Source: an uncultured Desulfospira sp. (GTDB lineage: Bacteria; Desulfobacterota; Desulfobacteria; Desulfobacterales; Desulfobacteraceae). Taken from it: a DNA stretch of 64,000 nucleotides. Both the position numbers and the translations under genes were made by a program. Shown piece by piece: positions 61,588-64,000 of the stretch. Numbering within the stretch: the stretch's first letter is position 1; each line of letters opens with the position of its first letter. The notes below the pieces were generated by a model. It saw only the letters and a program-made list of their open reading frames with translations. It was not told the origin of the DNA and made no database searches. The stretch is taken from positions 5,248,001 through 5,312,000 of the forward strand of contig OY760175.1 in the NCBI GenBank assembly GCA_963663165.1, written 5' to 3'.

Positions 61588-62566
61588 TACGGATAATATG
61601 GAGTTTCAGCCCATAGACCTTGGGTCCCTTGAAACTTTTGACGAGGAGGTTCAAAGCCGGGAACAGGAACCGGATTTTAACCGGTTCCAACTGCTGTTCG
61701 ACCCGGAAGAATTCAAGACTGCAATCCGGCCCGAAGATGCGTTCAGGGCCCTTTACACCGTTGAAAAGCAGGAGCGGGAAGCCTGTTTTGAACCTTTGAT
61801 AAAACTCAAAAAGCCCAAAGAACAGGTCCCTTTGGAACCGCCAGGGCCTTCTGAAGCTTTAGAATCGGAAGATCAGGACGGACAGGAACCCGAACCGACC
61901 CTGTCCCCTGAAGAGCTGGCCCTGGAGCAGGGATATCAGGACGGATTCGATCAGGGCTTTGCCAAGGGAGAAGAACAGGGGTTCAAAGAAGGAGAATCCA
62001 AGGGATTTGCCAAAGGAGAGGCAGACGGGTTTAAAAAAGGGGAGGCCGAAGGGCTGGAACAGGGCATGGTCCAGGGCCTTGAACAGGGGGAAAAACAGGG
62101 GCTGGCCAAAGGCGAACAGCAGGCACAGGAACAGGCCAGTCTAAGCCTTGACGCACTGAAAGCCGCCATGGGTAGCCTGGATACCCTGATTGAAAATCTG
62201 GTGGACAAGCATGAAGAACAGTTGCTTGAACTGGTCTTTAAAATTGCGCAAAAAGCGGTGATGGCCGCCGTGGATACCAATGACGACATCGTCCGGCAGA
62301 CCATCCTGGATGCCCTTAAATGCCTTGCCCGCCCCGAACAGATTGAGTTGAGCATTTCCCCGGAGGATTATGAATACGTTGAAATGGTAAAGGACAGTTT
62401 TTTCGAGGAAATCGGCTCGTTAAAACAGGTCAAGGTCCTGTCCGATCCCCTGGTCGCCCGGGGGGGGTGCCGGATTGAAACCGCTACCGGTGCTGTGGAA
62501 ACCGATCCTGAAACCAAACTCAAGGCAGTGTATGACGCCCTGGTCAAACCGGGGAATCAGGGGTAG
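61574..62566 (+). CDS. fliH: Flagellar assembly protein FliH
   Basis: GxxxG repeat run, RGGCRIET. Confidence 0.9.
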   Translation: MSLSDTDNMEFQPIDLGSLETFDEEVQSREQEPDFNRFQLLFDPEEFKTAIRPEDAFRALYTVEKQEREACFEPLIKLKKPKEQVPLEPPGPSEALESEDQDGQEPEPTLSPEELALEQGYQDGFDQGFAKGEEQGFKEGESKGFAKGEADGFKKGEAEGLEQGMVQGLEQGEKQGLAKGEQQAQEQASLSLDALKAAMGSLDTLIENLVDKHEEQLLELVFKIAQKAVMAAVDTNDDIVRQTILDALKCLARPEQIELSISPEDYEYVEMVKDSFFEEIGSLKQVKVLSDPLVARGGCRIETATGAVETDPETKLKAVYDALVKPGNQG

Positions 62567-62568
62567 CC

Positions 62569-63930
62569 ATGAGCGTTCTGGACCGGGCTGATTTTACAAA
62601 ATATTCAGGCCTTGTGGACCGGGTCGGCGTGGTCCGGCCCGAAGGCAGAATTTCCCAGGTGGTGGGGCTGATTGCCGAAGGGAACAGCTTGGGCCTTGGC
62701 ATTGGCAGCATCTGTTCCATCATCAACGACCGGGGCGAGGCCGTTAAAGCGGAAATCGTCGGGTTCAAAGGGGAAAAAGCCCTGTTCATGCCCTATGGCG
62801 ACATCCGGGGCGTCAGCCTCGGGTCCCGGATTATCCCTGAAGCCTCCTCTCCCATGGTGGGGGTGTCTGACCAGCTCCTGGGCCGGGTGATTGACGGCAT
62901 GGGCCGTCCCATTGACGGCAAAGGAAAGATCCGGTTCGATAAGGAATATTATCTTTACGGAAAACCCATCAGCCCCCTGGACCGGGAGCCCATCAAAACC
63001 CTGCTGGACGTGGGCATCGGTGCCATCAACACCATGATCCCCCTGGGAAGGGGCCAGCGCATGGCCATCATGGCCGGCTCCGGTGTGGGCAAAAGCGTTC
63101 TCATGGGCATGATGACAAAGCACACAGCCGCCGATGTCGTGGTTATCGGACTGATTGGCGAGCGGGGCCGGGAAGTTAAGGATTTTGTGGAGGAAACCTT
63201 AAAAGAGGAGGGGCTTGGGCGCGCCGTAGTCGTGGCGGCCACATCGGATACCTCTCCTTTGGTCCGCATAAGGGGGGCGTATCTGGCCACCACCATTGCC
63301 GAATATTTCAGGGACCAGGGAAAAGATGTGCTGCTCATGGTGGATTCCATTACCCGGTTTGCCATGTCATCCCGGGATGTGGGACTCGCGGCTGGCGAGC
63401 CGCCCACCACCCGGGGGTACACCCCGTCCTTTTTTGTCCAGATCCCGGTGCTGCTGGAACGGGCGGGCAGCCTTGCCGGCGGCGGGTCCATTACCGGCAT
63501 CTACACGGTCCTGGTGGAGGGGGATGATTTAAATGATCCTGTGGGGGACACGGTCCGGTCCATTGTGGACGGCCATATTGTCCTGTCCCGGGATCTGGCC
63601 AACCGGGGCCATTATCCGGCCATTGATGTCCTGGCCAGTGTGTCCAGGGTGATGCGGGATGTCAGCACCCCGGAACATGTGGCCCTGCGGGAAAGAGCGG
63701 TGAATATCATGGCCGCTTACAGGGAAGCCGAAGACATGATCAACATCGGGGCCTATGTGGATGGCTCTGATCCGGATATCGACATGGCAAAGGCCTTGAT
63801 GCCCAAGATCAACCGGGTGTTAAAACAGCCCATTGAAAGAAAGATGAGCCTGGACCAGGGCATTGACAGCCTTAAGACAGCCCTGAATATTGAGCCCGGT
63901 CCCGGTCCTGGTAAAAAGCGAAATAAATGA
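62569..63930 (+). CDS. fliI: Flagellar export ATPase FliI
   Basis: GSGVGKS, GERGREV, DSITRFA, DGHIVL. Confidence 0.96.
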   Translation: MSVLDRADFTKYSGLVDRVGVVRPEGRISQVVGLIAEGNSLGLGIGSICSIINDRGEAVKAEIVGFKGEKALFMPYGDIRGVSLGSRIIPEASSPMVGVSDQLLGRVIDGMGRPIDGKGKIRFDKEYYLYGKPISPLDREPIKTLLDVGIGAINTMIPLGRGQRMAIMAGSGVGKSVLMGMMTKHTAADVVVIGLIGERGREVKDFVEETLKEEGLGRAVVVAATSDTSPLVRIRGAYLATTIAEYFRDQGKDVLLMVDSITRFAMSSRDVGLAAGEPPTTRGYTPSFFVQIPVLLERAGSLAGGGSITGIYTVLVEGDDLNDPVGDTVRSIVDGHIVLSRDLANRGHYPAIDVLASVSRVMRDVSTPEHVALRERAVNIMAAYREAEDMINIGAYVDGSDPDIDMAKALMPKINRVLKQPIERKMSLDQGIDSLKTALNIEPGPGPGKKRNK

Positions 63931-64000
63931 AGCGGTTTACTTTCAAATTGCAGTCTTTGCTTAATTACCGGACATACCTGGAAAAAATGGCCCGCCTGGA
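63927..64000 (+). CDS. fliJ: Flagellar export protein FliJ (5' part only)
   Basis: MKRFTFKLQSLLNYRTYLEKMA, overlapping the fliI stop. Confidence 0.8.
   Translation, partial: MKRFTFKLQSLLNYRTYLEKMARL

Noticed and set aside
61931..62125. Long GxxxG run (16 Gly) in FliH
   Set aside because: Known, length-variable feature of FliH proteins.

Overview
Bacterial chromosomal window. Gene content and intergenic repeat style suggest a sulfate-reducing Desulfobacteraceae-like organism (inference). Most of it is housekeeping: sirC-ccsA-hemA-dksA-rnc, mrcA, hisI-hisG, yihA-era, queF, two Dus paralogs, fadH, an acyl-CoA synthetase, lysA, and a c-di-GMP/chemotaxis/flagellar cluster (HD-GYP regulator, PilZ, cheX, cheY, two sigma54 activators, flgBC-fliEFGHIJ). 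Highlights: (1) a 4540-bp IS21-family element (12948-17487; TIRs, 7-bp TSD ATATATC) carrying three extra coupled genes (Cys-rich Zn-finger, winged-HTH-like, ParB-like) upstream of istA, with an istB whose Walker B/sensor I are degenerate; (2) the hybrid kinase it disrupts is also split by a 371-bp MITE, and removing both restores one 778-aa ORF; (3) a c-di-GMP-I riboswitch heading four surface-protein genes with VPxP-CTERM sorting tails, cohesin-like domains and a dockerin-like domain; (4) a small membrane ORF missing from the ORF track with an in-frame UGA and SECIS-like hairpin; (5) a PHP (TrpH/YciV-like)-RNase III fusion; (6) several structured intergenic repeat/MITE families; (7) a deletion-riddled region at the left edge. 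No rRNA, tRNA or CRISPR array was seen. Family assignments come from motif recognition by eye, not from database searches.
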